In this document: piece by piece, positions 47,979-57,748 of the stretch
Numbering within the stretch: the first letter of the stretch is position 1
Layout of the letters: every line of letters begins with the position of its first letter
Source of the DNA: an uncultured Verrucomicrobiae bacterium
GTDB taxonomy: Bacteria; Verrucomicrobiota; Verrucomicrobiia; Chthoniobacterales; UBA10450
DNA: 64,000 nucleotides
Assembly (NCBI GenBank): GCA_963772365.1
Contig: CAVYXA010000003.1
Span: 672,001 to 736,000 of the forward strand
Direction: 5' to 3'
Made by a program: the position numbers and the translations under genes
The notes under the pieces: model-generated
What the model was told of the DNA's origin: nothing
The model's database searches: none
The model's input: only the letters and a program-made list of their open reading frames with translations

Positions 47979-48039
47979 TCTGCTGAAAATTGCATTGCGC
48001 CGATGCCTTTTCAGTGATTTGGTTCGCGGTTAATTTGAT

Positions 48040-48144
48040 ATGGGATCTCTCAAGAAACGTCGAAAAGCCAAGATTTCGAAACACAAACGCCGCAAGCGAA
48101 TGAAAGCGAACCGGCATAAGAAGCGTCTTCGATACAAGACGTAG
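48040..48144 (+). CDS. AURKAIP1/COX24 (bS22/mS38-like) small basic protein
   Basis: Manual translation MGSLKKRRKAKISKHKRRKRMKANRHKKRLRYKT*; absent from the ORF track. Confidence 0.8.
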   Translation: MGSLKKRRKAKISKHKRRKRMKANRHKKRLRYKT

Positions 48145-48318
48145 GTCCGCTTTCGTTCGGTCAGATCGATAACCGTTCGGCTGAGAACCACTCGAGCGTT
48201 CATCTCTGGTTTTCAATGGTCGAATACATCCGAATGACTTTGCGTCCGCGAAATTTCTTTGCTCTTTACATCACGCTTTATGCGGAAATGATAAAGCAAT
48301 TAACGAAAGGATCTCACC

Positions 48319-48915
48319 ATGCAGCTTACATCGACGTTTAAATTGCGACTGTTGTCCCTGGCTTGTGTCTCAACTGCTCTTGCCCTGAGCGGAACGGCCT
48401 CGGGCCAGGGTATTGAAGGCGGACGAACAGGGACCTCAACAGCTGACAACCCTTTCCTGCGTCAGCACGATGAGCCGGGTAAAACTCAAAAGAAGATCGT
48501 TAAGATTAGCGACAAAGACGTGACGTTTATCCAAAGGGCTGCGACCGGCGACGAGCAGGAAATCGAAAACGGAAAAATGGCGATAAAGAAGGCGCAGAGC
48601 GCCGCCGTAAAGAAAGTTGCTTCACGGATGGTCCAGGATCATACACGCATGAATAACGAGCTCCTGGCGCTGGCCAAGAAAAAGGGTGTCGGTGTGACAA
48701 CCGGAACAATCAAAGCACAAAACATTGGTACCGCGGGATTTGACAAGGCCTATATCGACATGATCGAACGGGATCACAAAGCCGAGGTCGCCCAATTCGA
48801 GAAGGAAGCCAAGAGCGGTGGTGATGCCGATATTAAAGCTTGGGCAGCAAAGACACTACCGACGGAGAGGACTCATCTTGCAATGATCAAAGAGACCTCG
48901 AACCAAGTAAAGTAG
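48319..48915 (+). CDS. DUF4142 domain protein
   Basis: D..FI..AA.....EI, MVQDH, FDKAYI.M...DH, KTLPT...HL. Confidence 0.88.
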   Translation: MQLTSTFKLRLLSLACVSTALALSGTASGQGIEGGRTGTSTADNPFLRQHDEPGKTQKKIVKISDKDVTFIQRAATGDEQEIENGKMAIKKAQSAAVKKVASRMVQDHTRMNNELLALAKKKGVGVTTGTIKAQNIGTAGFDKAYIDMIERDHKAEVAQFEKEAKSGGDADIKAWAAKTLPTERTHLAMIKETSNQVK

Positions 48916-48989
48916 GGCTCGATCGGCGCGGCTCTTGACGCCGTGTCAGCGCCTTTCACGAGCACTTCGGTATCACAAGGCGCATTCGG

Positions 48990-50864
48990 CTACTCAACCG
49001 TCACGCTCTTCGCCAAATTGCGCGGCTTATCGACGTCGCGACCGAGCTCAACCGCGAGATGGTAGGCCAGAAGTTGCAGTGGGATCACACTGAGTACCGG
49101 CATCACGCAATCGGGTGCATCCGGCAGAGTGATGATTTCATTCGCAATCTCTTTCAGCTGTTTTGCTCCATTGCCGCTGGTTAACGCGATGATCGGCCCC
49201 TTCCGCGCTTTGACCTGCTCCATGTTATTCAGGTTTTTTGAGAAAATGGCGTCATCCGGTGCTATGAAGACCGATGGAAGATCCGGACCCACTAGGGCGA
49301 TGATTCCGTGTTTGAGTTCGGCGCTGGGATGACCTTCCGCGAAGAGATACGTAATCTCCTTCATCTTGAGCGCTCCTTCGAGCGCGATCGGGAAATTGAA
49401 TTGGCGACCGAAGAAGAGCATTCCGCTAACATCGACATATTTCCTGGCGATCTCTTTGATTGAATCGCTCAGCCTTAGCACTTCCTCGATTTGCTCCGGC
49501 AATGCTTCGAGGGCACCAATGATCCGGCTTCCTTCGGCTGTGGAAAGGAATCGCATTCGCCCCAGTAGGAGCCCGATCAGAGTGAGGATCACGAGTTGCG
49601 ACGTGAATGATTTTGTCGCCGCCACTCCGATTTCCGGTCCCGCATGCATGTAAACGCCGCCATCGCTTTCGCGCGCGATAGTGCTCGCGACATTGTTGCA
49701 AATTCCCAGCGTGCGATGGCCTTTCCGTCGGCTTTCCCGCAACGCGCCCAAAGTATCGGCAGTTTCGCCGCTCTGACTGATCGCGAACACCAGTGTGTCG
49801 TTGGACATCGGTGTATTTCGATGTCGGAACTCGCTGGCGTACTCGACTTCGGTTGGAACGTTGGCCAGTTGTTCGATCAAATATTCCCCGACTCGTCCCG
49901 CGTGTAGCGCCGTGCCACAGCCGGTCAGAATGATTCGCCCGACATCGCGCAATTCTTGCGGAGTCATGTTCAATCCGCCCAACTTGGCCGTGCACTCTTC
50001 CAGACTCAGACGACCGCGCATGGCATCGCGCACCGAGTGTGGCTGCTCAAAGATTTCCTTGAGCATGTAGTGTGGATAATCGCCCTTCTTGATGTCCTCA
50101 GCCGTGAATTCGACGCGGCTGATATGATGATCGCCAGTGTCACCGGCCAGCGAGCTGATTTCGAATTTGTTACGTTCGATGGCGACCACATCGAAGTCGT
50201 TCAAGTAAACCGCATCACGTGTGTAAGCGACGATGGCGCTTACGTCGCTCGCCAAAAAATGCTCGTCCTTGCCTACTCCTAATACCAACGGGCTGCCTCG
50301 CCGGGCGCCGATGATGAAATCGGGAATGTCAGCGTGCACAAGCGCGATGCCGTACGTTCCGATCACCTGTTTCAGCGCAGTGCGAACCGCGTTTACGAGT
50401 CTGGCCTTCTTTTGATCGACATCCACCGTTGTGGCGCAGGAATCGATATAGAGTTTCCCGATCAGATGGGCGAGGACCTCGGTGTCCGTGTCGGATCGAA
50501 AATTCGTATCGCCTTCTTGAATGAGTTGCTCTTTGAGCGCCTGATAATTTTCGATCACCCCATTGTGAACCAGCGCTAGTCTCCCGCTAGCGTCGAGATG
50601 TGGGTGCGCATTCTCATCCGTAACTTTCCCGTGTGTTGCCCAACGAGTATGGCTGATCCCAGACGATCCCGAGGGCGATTTCCCGGCTACCAATTTGGCT
50701 AATGATGCGATCCGCCCCGCACATTTTTGCGTTTCGATCTCGTGGTGCCCGTTGACGGTCGCCAATCCCGCCGAGTCATACCCGCGATATTCCAGACGGC
50801 GCAACCCATCCAACAAAATGGGTGCCGCCTCCGCGCGCCCGACATAGCCAACGATTCCGCACAT
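48990..50864 (-). CDS. glmS: Glutamine--fructose-6-phosphate aminotransferase
   Basis: MCGIVG, HTRWATHG, SQSGETADT, DKPRNLAKSVTVE. Confidence 0.97.
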   Translation of the reverse strand: MCGIVGYVGRAEAAPILLDGLRRLEYRGYDSAGLATVNGHHEIETQKCAGRIASLAKLVAGKSPSGSSGISHTRWATHGKVTDENAHPHLDASGRLALVHNGVIENYQALKEQLIQEGDTNFRSDTDTEVLAHLIGKLYIDSCATTVDVDQKKARLVNAVRTALKQVIGTYGIALVHADIPDFIIGARRGSPLVLGVGKDEHFLASDVSAIVAYTRDAVYLNDFDVVAIERNKFEISSLAGDTGDHHISRVEFTAEDIKKGDYPHYMLKEIFEQPHSVRDAMRGRLSLEECTAKLGGLNMTPQELRDVGRIILTGCGTALHAGRVGEYLIEQLANVPTEVEYASEFRHRNTPMSNDTLVFAISQSGETADTLGALRESRRKGHRTLGICNNVASTIARESDGGVYMHAGPEIGVAATKSFTSQLVILTLIGLLLGRMRFLSTAEGSRIIGALEALPEQIEEVLRLSDSIKEIARKYVDVSGMLFFGRQFNFPIALEGALKMKEITYLFAEGHPSAELKHGIIALVGPDLPSVFIAPDDAIFSKNLNNMEQVKARKGPIIALTSGNGAKQLKEIANEIITLPDAPDCVMPVLSVIPLQLLAYHLAVELGRDVDKPRNLAKSVTVE

Positions 50865-50927
50865 GCGATCGATTCTAATCTCGGCTAACCGGAGCCGCAA
50901 CCAACGTGCCAGACTGCCTCAGCTGGC

Positions 50928-53072
50928 TTATTTCTGTTCTTCTGACGGCGCAGCGGCCTTCGTCTTCTTATTCTGCGCGCCGATACCAAGGCGCTTTAAG
51001 AACGGCTGGATCGATTGCTTGCGCCCGAGAAATTTTTCGATCGACAACGCGACATCGCGCGAATCTCCCTTCTCATAAATCTCGTGGCGGAGACGCAGCC
51101 CAGCCTGGCGGTCCAGATATTTGCCCTTGGCTTTTTCGAAAACGGTTGCCATATCGGCAGCGATCGCATCGGCCCAGGCATAACCGTAATATCCGGCATC
51201 ATATCCATTCAGGTGGCCGAAATAGGTGACGAAAGTTGTAGTCGGATCGATCGGGAGAAAAACTTTCTCCAGAACTGGATTTGAGATGGCAACGCAATCG
51301 TAGGGCGCGCCTTCCGCATGAACATCGTGCAGAGCAAGATCAATATCCGCAAAAGCAAATTGCCGGCGATAAAACACGCCTGCCGTCGCCAGCTTCGCGT
51401 CGTTCATTTTCTTGATGGTCTCGGCCGGAATCTTTTTCGATGGATCGCGATAGTCCGCCGCAAACGTGTCGAGCACCTGCTTGTCCCAGACCCAGTTTTG
51501 CAGCATTTGCGAAGGTGCTTCCACAAAATCGCCAGGAACGTGGGTCCCAGCGAAGCGATTATATTTCGCCCTTGTCGTGATCGAGTTCAGAACGTGCCCG
51601 AACTCATGAAAAAGGGTCTCCACATCGGTATGCGTCATAAGGGACGGTTTGTCGGAGCTGGGCGGCGGAAAATTGCAAAGCAACGCCACCGTGGGGCGCT
51701 GATATTTTCCAGTCGGCAACAGTTTGCCGTTAATGATTTCGAATTCCGCAAAGTGATTGAATTTTCCTTCGCGGGGAAACATGTCGAGGTAGAAAATTCC
51801 CAGCGGCTCGCCCGTGCCGGAATCGGTCACGACGTAAAGCTGGAGATCGTCGATCCATTTAAATGGCGCTTGGACCTGATCAAACTTGAGCCCGAAAATG
51901 TTCTGGTAAATGTCGAACATTCCCTGAAGCACTCTCTGGTACGGGAAAAAGTTGCGCAGTTCTTCCTTGTTCACATTAAACTTTTGTTTGACCAACTGGT
52001 TGTCGTAGTAACGCCAGTCCCACCAATCGATCTTCACGTTTGGATCCTTCGTGTCGGCCGCTTTCATCTTTTGTAACTCGGCAACTTCAGCGGCGAACTT
52101 TGGTTGAATACCTGACACTAAATCGTTGATGTATTTCTTCGCGTTAGCCCCGGTCTTGGCCATTTTGATCTCGGTTTGGTAATCGTCCCACGATTTGTAC
52201 CCGAGCTTGAGCGCAATCTTGTTGCGCAATGCCAGCATTTGATTGAGCACCGGCACATTCGTGTCCTTCGCTAGCGTACTACGGGTAACATTTAGCTTTT
52301 TTCGTGTCGCTTCGCTCTTTGCGTTCTCTTCGACGGTCTGATACTGCCACGTCACGTTCGCCATTACTGTGTAAGCATCATCTCCGGTTTTGACGCCCGG
52401 CGACGCCAGGAAACTCTCCGGCAATCCATCCAGCTCGGCCTTGGTGAATACGATCGGCGCTTTCGCATTGACGATGTTGGTGTCGAAATCAGTTCCGAGC
52501 TTTGCCAGTTGTTTGCGCAGATCTTCCACTTCTTTGCGTTTCTCCGGGGGCAAAGCCAGGCCGGATCGCCGATAATCTCGCAGGGTTTCATCCAGCAATT
52601 TTTTATCTTCGCCGGAAAGCTTCGGATGCGTATCGGCGAAGGCTTTGATTGCCTTGTAAACGTCTTCGCGATAATCGATCCCGACTGCCCAATCCTGGAA
52701 AACCTTGATCGCATTTTCCCCCGCGGCACGCATGACTTCGTTCGGGTTCGCTTCCTTGATAATGGTGGCCTTGTTTGCTTCGTTCGACGCTTCGTAAGTC
52801 AGATCATCAAGAGCCATGACGGTGCTCTTAAAGGACACCTTTTTGAGGTCCTGACTTCCGATTGCATCCAGCGTCTTATTCGCCTTCTCGATCGCGCTCT
52901 TCATCGAAGCTTCGACGGCCTCAGGTTTCTGATCCCAATCCGGGACCGTCAAAACGGCGTTCGCTTTCAATGCAGCAGCACGAAAATCATCGACCGTTTT
53001 TGGTTCTGCGCCGGAAAGATTGGAATTCAGCAGGGCGACGATCGGCAACAGGCAAAGGAGTGAGAATTTCAT
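50928..53072 (-). CDS. M3 family metallopeptidase (thimet oligopeptidase-like), signal peptide
   Basis: YLD..PREGK, FHEFGH, DFVEAPSQ. Confidence 0.93.
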   Translation of the reverse strand: MKFSLLCLLPIVALLNSNLSGAEPKTVDDFRAAALKANAVLTVPDWDQKPEAVEASMKSAIEKANKTLDAIGSQDLKKVSFKSTVMALDDLTYEASNEANKATIIKEANPNEVMRAAGENAIKVFQDWAVGIDYREDVYKAIKAFADTHPKLSGEDKKLLDETLRDYRRSGLALPPEKRKEVEDLRKQLAKLGTDFDTNIVNAKAPIVFTKAELDGLPESFLASPGVKTGDDAYTVMANVTWQYQTVEENAKSEATRKKLNVTRSTLAKDTNVPVLNQMLALRNKIALKLGYKSWDDYQTEIKMAKTGANAKKYINDLVSGIQPKFAAEVAELQKMKAADTKDPNVKIDWWDWRYYDNQLVKQKFNVNKEELRNFFPYQRVLQGMFDIYQNIFGLKFDQVQAPFKWIDDLQLYVVTDSGTGEPLGIFYLDMFPREGKFNHFAEFEIINGKLLPTGKYQRPTVALLCNFPPPSSDKPSLMTHTDVETLFHEFGHVLNSITTRAKYNRFAGTHVPGDFVEAPSQMLQNWVWDKQVLDTFAADYRDPSKKIPAETIKKMNDAKLATAGVFYRRQFAFADIDLALHDVHAEGAPYDCVAISNPVLEKVFLPIDPTTTFVTYFGHLNGYDAGYYGYAWADAIAADMATVFEKAKGKYLDRQAGLRLRHEIYEKGDSRDVALSIEKFLGRKQSIQPFLKRLGIGAQNKKTKAAAPSEEQK

Positions 53073-53136
53073 AAACGTTGGGCAACATTTCTAGAGCGCG
53101 TCGCAAGAAACGCAAGCGCTCTCTGAATTATGCAAG

Positions 53137-54447
53137 TTACCGATACAAATCGTGGCGGGTTAATGGCAACCCTGTATTACCGCTGGAGTCCGGCTTTACC
53201 AGTAACGTCTGGTAAACTGAGATGTAATTACGCTGAAAGCCGTGAGCGGATCCGGCAATGTAAAGACGCCAGACCCGGTAAGTTGGTTCATCGACGAACA
53301 GCAATGCTTCGTTGCAATGAGCTTCCAATCGGCGAAGCCAGTGCCGCAGCGTGCGAGCATAATGCTCTCTTAAGCTTTCCACGTCCCGAACTTCAAACTT
53401 CGCCGATTCCGCCGCGCCTAACATAATTGGCAGAGCCGGAATATCACCATCGGGAAAGACATACGTTCCGATGAAGGAATTCTTTCCAGTCTCCGGACGT
53501 CTCACGGCGCCTTCCCCGATCGCCTGATTGAGAAAAATACCGCCGGGCTTGAGCGCCCGATAGGCAATCGCGAAATAATCTGGAAGCCGTTCGCGGCCGA
53601 CGTGCTCGGCCATTCCCACGCTCGCGATGGCATCGAACTGCGGCCAGCCATTTGTTCCGATCTCGCGGTAATCACGCACATCGACAGTCGCATTGTCTTG
53701 TAATCCTTCGTCTGCAATCCGCGACCGCGCCCATTCTGCTTGCGGCTCGCTCAGTGTGATGCCTTCCGCGCGAACCCCGAAATGCTTGGCAGCATAAATG
53801 ACGAGCGCACCCCAGCCGCATCCGATGTCGAGCAAACGTTGACCGGGCCGAAGCCGCAATTTGCGACAAATGTAATCGAGCTTTTGTTCCTGCGCCGCAT
53901 CGAGATCGTCGTTGGACGATCGGAAATATGCACAGGAATAAACCATGCGGCGGTCCAACCAGAGTCGATAGAAATCGTTCGATAAATCGTAGTGAAACGT
54001 CACCGCGCGCCGATCCCGCTCCGGTGAATGTTTTCGGCCCTTGATGCGCGGCACCAGTTTCCTGGCCGATCGTAAAATGGTCGATCTTCCGTCGGGTCGA
54101 GGCAGGCTCAGCAACAAACCACCCAGCTTCAGCTTTCGTTTCCAATCATCGAAAGGGCTGCGCAGCAAATCGCCGAAATGAAAGGCCGATTCAATGTCTC
54201 CTTCGACATCGAAATCGTCATGCAAATACGCCTCGGCCAAACCAATCTCAGTTCCGGATAACAACATCTGACCGAGCGCTCCGCGATGTTTGAGCACCAG
54301 CCAGGCAGCACGCGGTCGTTCATCCGGCCAGGCCTTCCCATTCCACAGGCGAATGCCAAGGTTCTCCAGGCAAGATCCTGCCAAAACCTCGTTCAGGATC
54401 CGGATTGTTTTCTCCTCGACCGAGTTTTCCGAGGAGATCGTATGCAT
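53137..54447 (-). CDS. cfa: Cyclopropane-fatty-acyl-phospholipid synthase family
   Basis: HYDLSNDFY, YSCAYF, LDIGCGWG, YVFPDG. Confidence 0.9.
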   Translation of the reverse strand: MHTISSENSVEEKTIRILNEVLAGSCLENLGIRLWNGKAWPDERPRAAWLVLKHRGALGQMLLSGTEIGLAEAYLHDDFDVEGDIESAFHFGDLLRSPFDDWKRKLKLGGLLLSLPRPDGRSTILRSARKLVPRIKGRKHSPERDRRAVTFHYDLSNDFYRLWLDRRMVYSCAYFRSSNDDLDAAQEQKLDYICRKLRLRPGQRLLDIGCGWGALVIYAAKHFGVRAEGITLSEPQAEWARSRIADEGLQDNATVDVRDYREIGTNGWPQFDAIASVGMAEHVGRERLPDYFAIAYRALKPGGIFLNQAIGEGAVRRPETGKNSFIGTYVFPDGDIPALPIMLGAAESAKFEVRDVESLREHYARTLRHWLRRLEAHCNEALLFVDEPTYRVWRLYIAGSAHGFQRNYISVYQTLLVKPDSSGNTGLPLTRHDLYR

Positions 54448-54515
54448 GGTTAAGCCAGCGCATCCGCCTTCATCTGCGTGTCAACACGAAATCTCAAGCC
54501 GAAGACATGCGCCAC

Positions 54516-55070
54516 TTAAATCATCCCTAGCTTCATTCGGCCCGCTTCACTGATCATGCTTTGGTTCCAAGGCGGGTCCCAAACGAGCTGGACCTCGGCT
54601 TCATCCACCCCGTCGATCGTAAGAATTTTACTTTGCGCATCGTGTGCAATGGCTGGCCCCATGCCGCATCCCGGCGCAGTTAAAGTCATCTTCACTTCCA
54701 CACGGGTTCCGCCATCGTCCTTCTTCATTAATCGGCAGTCGTAAACCAAACCAAGATCGACAATGTTTACCGGAATTTCCGGATCGAAGCATTGGCGCAG
54801 CTGGTTCCAGACATCTTCCTCGGAGACTTCGCCATTTGTTTTCGCGGCGGCTTTCGCTTCGGGTTTCGCTGCCAGCTTGTCGATCCCGAGTGCGTCGATA
54901 TCCTTTTCAGCCACGCGGGATAGACCGTAGGAAGTCGCGATCGTATAACTTCCACCCAGTGTCTGTGTAATTACGCCTTTCGTTCCGGCGCGAATGGTGA
55001 ATTTCTGCCCGCTAGGGATTAGGATTACCTCGCAATCGCGCTTCAGCTCAAATTCAGTGTTTTCGTACAT
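54516..55070 (-). CDS. sufT: Fe-S cluster assembly protein SufT
   Basis: TQTLGGSYT, DPEIPVNIVDLGLVY, MTLTAPGCGMG. Confidence 0.9.
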   Translation of the reverse strand: MYENTEFELKRDCEVILIPSGQKFTIRAGTKGVITQTLGGSYTIATSYGLSRVAEKDIDALGIDKLAAKPEAKAAAKTNGEVSEEDVWNQLRQCFDPEIPVNIVDLGLVYDCRLMKKDDGGTRVEVKMTLTAPGCGMGPAIAHDAQSKILTIDGVDEAEVQLVWDPPWNQSMISEAGRMKLGMI

Positions 55071-55156
55071 AACAATGCTTCAAATTAAACTTCGCGTCAG
55101 CAACTGCAAGCGGGTGCCAGGATCGACGATCTCTTGTCACTGACTTCCTGGAAGTT

Positions 55157-56146
55157 TTAACTAAACAACTCCTGCCCTTCGTCACCGTCGCCGTCTCGCC
55201 TAGCGAAAATTTCAAGTTCCTGGGCGGGCTCGGTTTCATGAATGCGCCCGTAATCAACGCTCAATCTGCCGCCGCCGTGTTCGGTATAGATTTCAACGAA
55301 GCGTTCGCCGAATCGAACATCGCGCCAGGTATAATCTTTTTGGGTTTGGACAGAAGCAGCGATCACGGGATCGATCCCGACCACCGAAACAAAAAACAAG
55401 ACCCGGCTGGATGCGAGCGACTCCGTTGTTGCCCCGAAGAGCGGACTTCTTTCATCAATAGTATGTCGCAAGGTCAACGCCGCCGGAAAAACGGTGAGCC
55501 GATCGAAATGTAATTTCAGAACGTAGAAATGCCGGAAATCGCCGCCTTCGATCAGCGGTTCGTCGCGCGAAAACATGATTCGAAATTCGGCTTCCACCAT
55601 GCTGTGATGGTTCTCATTCCCGATACGGACCATCAGCGTCGGTTTTCCATTCAACGGGGCGATCACGATGGATTTACTAAACACAACGCGTGCAGTGGGC
55701 CGCGAGAACCGGACAAAAATCAGGCCGGTCATGACGGCGATCAGGAAAAGGCCCGTCATGATCTCGATGGTGCTAACAATGTGACCATAAAGCGTCTGCG
55801 GATACATGTGCCCGTAGCCGACCGTGGCCAGCGTCTGGACACTGAAGAAGAAACAATCGAGAAACCAATGGCTTGTTGTCAGGCCGGAAATGCAATCCCG
55901 CTCGAGGCTATAACCTGACGCGAACAACAGATTCAGCCCGACATACATCGCGCCAGTCAACGCGGCGAACTGCGGCCAGGTCAACGCCAGCAGCCAGCGA
56001 TAAACGTCCCGCCATTTCCAGGCATCGGTATTGACCTTAACGAACTCGACCTGCCCAGATCGGACTGAAACCTCATTACGCGATCGCCTCATGGTGAATG
56101 CCACAACATACGGCACTGCCGAATTCTCAGCAAAATTGTCTTCCAT
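55157..56146 (-). CDS. Inward rectifier potassium channel (KirBac)
   Basis: FFSVQTLATVGYG filter; RFSRP; HTIDERSPL. Confidence 0.9.
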   Translation of the reverse strand: MEDNFAENSAVPYVVAFTMRRSRNEVSVRSGQVEFVKVNTDAWKWRDVYRWLLALTWPQFAALTGAMYVGLNLLFASGYSLERDCISGLTTSHWFLDCFFFSVQTLATVGYGHMYPQTLYGHIVSTIEIMTGLFLIAVMTGLIFVRFSRPTARVVFSKSIVIAPLNGKPTLMVRIGNENHHSMVEAEFRIMFSRDEPLIEGGDFRHFYVLKLHFDRLTVFPAALTLRHTIDERSPLFGATTESLASSRVLFFVSVVGIDPVIAASVQTQKDYTWRDVRFGERFVEIYTEHGGGRLSVDYGRIHETEPAQELEIFARRDGDGDEGQELFS

Positions 56147-56238
56147 TGCTACTCGACCGAGCGAGGCGGCAATCAGGCGTCGAACTAAGCTTGATAACCC
56201 CGGGGCTGCCTGGCAGACTCAGATGGCAAGGAGGCACA

Positions 56239-56655
56239 ATGAGAACAAAAAACTTTATTCCGAAAATCATTTGGTCTGCGAGCTGTGCTGCTGTGGTGTT
56301 CGGCTTTTTTTCCCAATCGGTTGCCGGTTCCGGAATGGTTACGTTTCAAGAGAGCAGCGACGCTTCATCGGAAAATGCAAAGCGGTTGATCGGTCATTGG
56401 CGGAAAACGACGATTGTTTTTGAGCGCCCCAAGGACGAACATTTGGTTCTGCATGCCGACGGCACTATGGAGAACTGGGTCGTTACAGCGGAGAGCCGCA
56501 GCGAACCTGTTACCGGCCGCTGGAGCGTAGAAGGCAAGACGTTGATTCTCAAGTTCGGCGATAACGAAAACTCCAATCCGTTCACGTTCTATGAGGGACA
56601 ACTCGTTTTCCCAAATATCTCGAATCGGCGCGGGTTCTGGGAAAAGATCGAATAA
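56239..56655 (+). CDS. Secreted hypothetical protein (lipocalin-like)
   Basis: RBS aggagg; LIGHW...L.LHADGT...GRWSVEG. Confidence 0.6.
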   Translation: MRTKNFIPKIIWSASCAAVVFGFFSQSVAGSGMVTFQESSDASSENAKRLIGHWRKTTIVFERPKDEHLVLHADGTMENWVVTAESRSEPVTGRWSVEGKTLILKFGDNENSNPFTFYEGQLVFPNISNRRGFWEKIE

Positions 56656-56695
56656 CGCTATCGCAAGATCTGCTGAGTGCGCTCTCGGGTCATTA

Positions 56696-57065
56696 GTGAC
56701 GTGTCCTTGTCATCGGCCTCGACCCCTATCGAGTGCCCGGCCCGTGGGACCCGAAGCCGGTTGCGGATGCGATCGAGATCGGGATGAAGGCTCTTGCCGA
56801 CCGCGGTTTTCACGCAGAAGCCTGTTTGGTGGGTCTCGACGGCAGGGACGACATCGAATCCCAAGTTACCGTCGCACTGCAAGGACGGTCCTGGGACTGT
56901 GTCATTGTCGGAGGCGGGATCCGGCACCCCGAGGAACAACTCGAGCTTTTTGAATCTATCATCAACTTGATCCGCCGATATGCTCCGCAGGCGGCCATCG
57001 CGTTTAACGACACGCCGCACAAATTAGCGGAGGCCGCAGCCCGAGCCACCGCGCGGCCACGATGA
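56696..57065 (+). CDS. Hypothetical protein (possible frameshift at the start)
   Basis: RVLVIGLDPYRVPGPWDP...DCVIVGGGIR...FE.IINL.RR.AP.A.IAFN; in-frame TGA at 56697-56699 overlaps an off-frame GTG. Confidence 0.6.
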
Positions 57066-57069
57066 CTTT

Positions 57070-57408
57070 ATGGACAGAAGTTACAAAGAAGACATTCCGA
57101 AGGCGAAAAGAGCACTTGAGGAATTAAAGAAGGAGTTCTCACGTGTCGCTTCGACAACAGACTGGACCATGCTGCGCATCGAGCCGTTGCTTGATCACGT
57201 AAAGTTTCTGGAACGATTGATTCGATCGCCGAAGTTTTCTCGGGAGACTACCAGGTTGAGGAGAGGGGTTGTGATGTTTCACTCCGACCTGGCATATCTC
57301 CGAGAAAACATCAAGGCACTGAAGAAGATTCTAGACATTGAACGGAAGGTTTACCAACGTCAGCCGGTTCGGCGGGCGCCGATAATGCTGGCAGGAAAGT
57401 GCGGCTAG
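57070..57408 (+). CDS. Hypothetical helical protein
   Basis: 112-aa ORF in a co-oriented cluster. Confidence 0.5.
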   Translation: MDRSYKEDIPKAKRALEELKKEFSRVASTTDWTMLRIEPLLDHVKFLERLIRSPKFSRETTRLRRGVVMFHSDLAYLRENIKALKKILDIERKVYQRQPVRRAPIMLAGKCG

Positions 57409-57423
57409 TGAAGGGAACCAACA

Positions 57424-57693
57424 ATGACTGACCGCGGTTGTACGCACCTCAATTCAGTTGAAGCCGTGAAACAGCCAGAAATCCGCGAGTGTGCCGAGTG
57501 CGTGAAGATCGGCGATAGCTGGGTGCATCTGCGCACATGCCAGCAGTGCGGCGTGACGCTTTGCTGCGACAGCTCCCCAAATCGTCATGCGACGAAACAT
57601 GAGAAGGCGACTGGTCATCCCGTGATTGCGTCGGCCCAACCAGGGGAGCGCTGGCTGTATTGTTATCCCGACGACGCGTTCTGCGAATATTGA
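57424..57693 (+). CDS. UBP-type zinc finger protein
   Basis: CTHL...C.EC...G..WVHLR.C..CG...CCDSSP.RHA.KH. Confidence 0.9.
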   Translation: MTDRGCTHLNSVEAVKQPEIRECAECVKIGDSWVHLRTCQQCGVTLCCDSSPNRHATKHEKATGHPVIASAQPGERWLYCYPDDAFCEY

Positions 57694-57698
57694 AGTCC

Positions 57699-57748
57699 GT
57701 GGCGTGGGCTTCCAGCCCATGTCCCATCGGCAAGTATACCGACGCCAC
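57699..57748. repeat. GTGG-tagged REP doublet (family C)
   Basis: gtggcgtgggcttccagcccatg plus inverted catcggcaagtataccgacgccac, between convergent genes. Confidence 0.7.

Noticed and set aside
50865..50927. glmS ribozyme upstream of glmS
   Set aside because: Only 63 nt of spacer and no recognisable ribozyme core.
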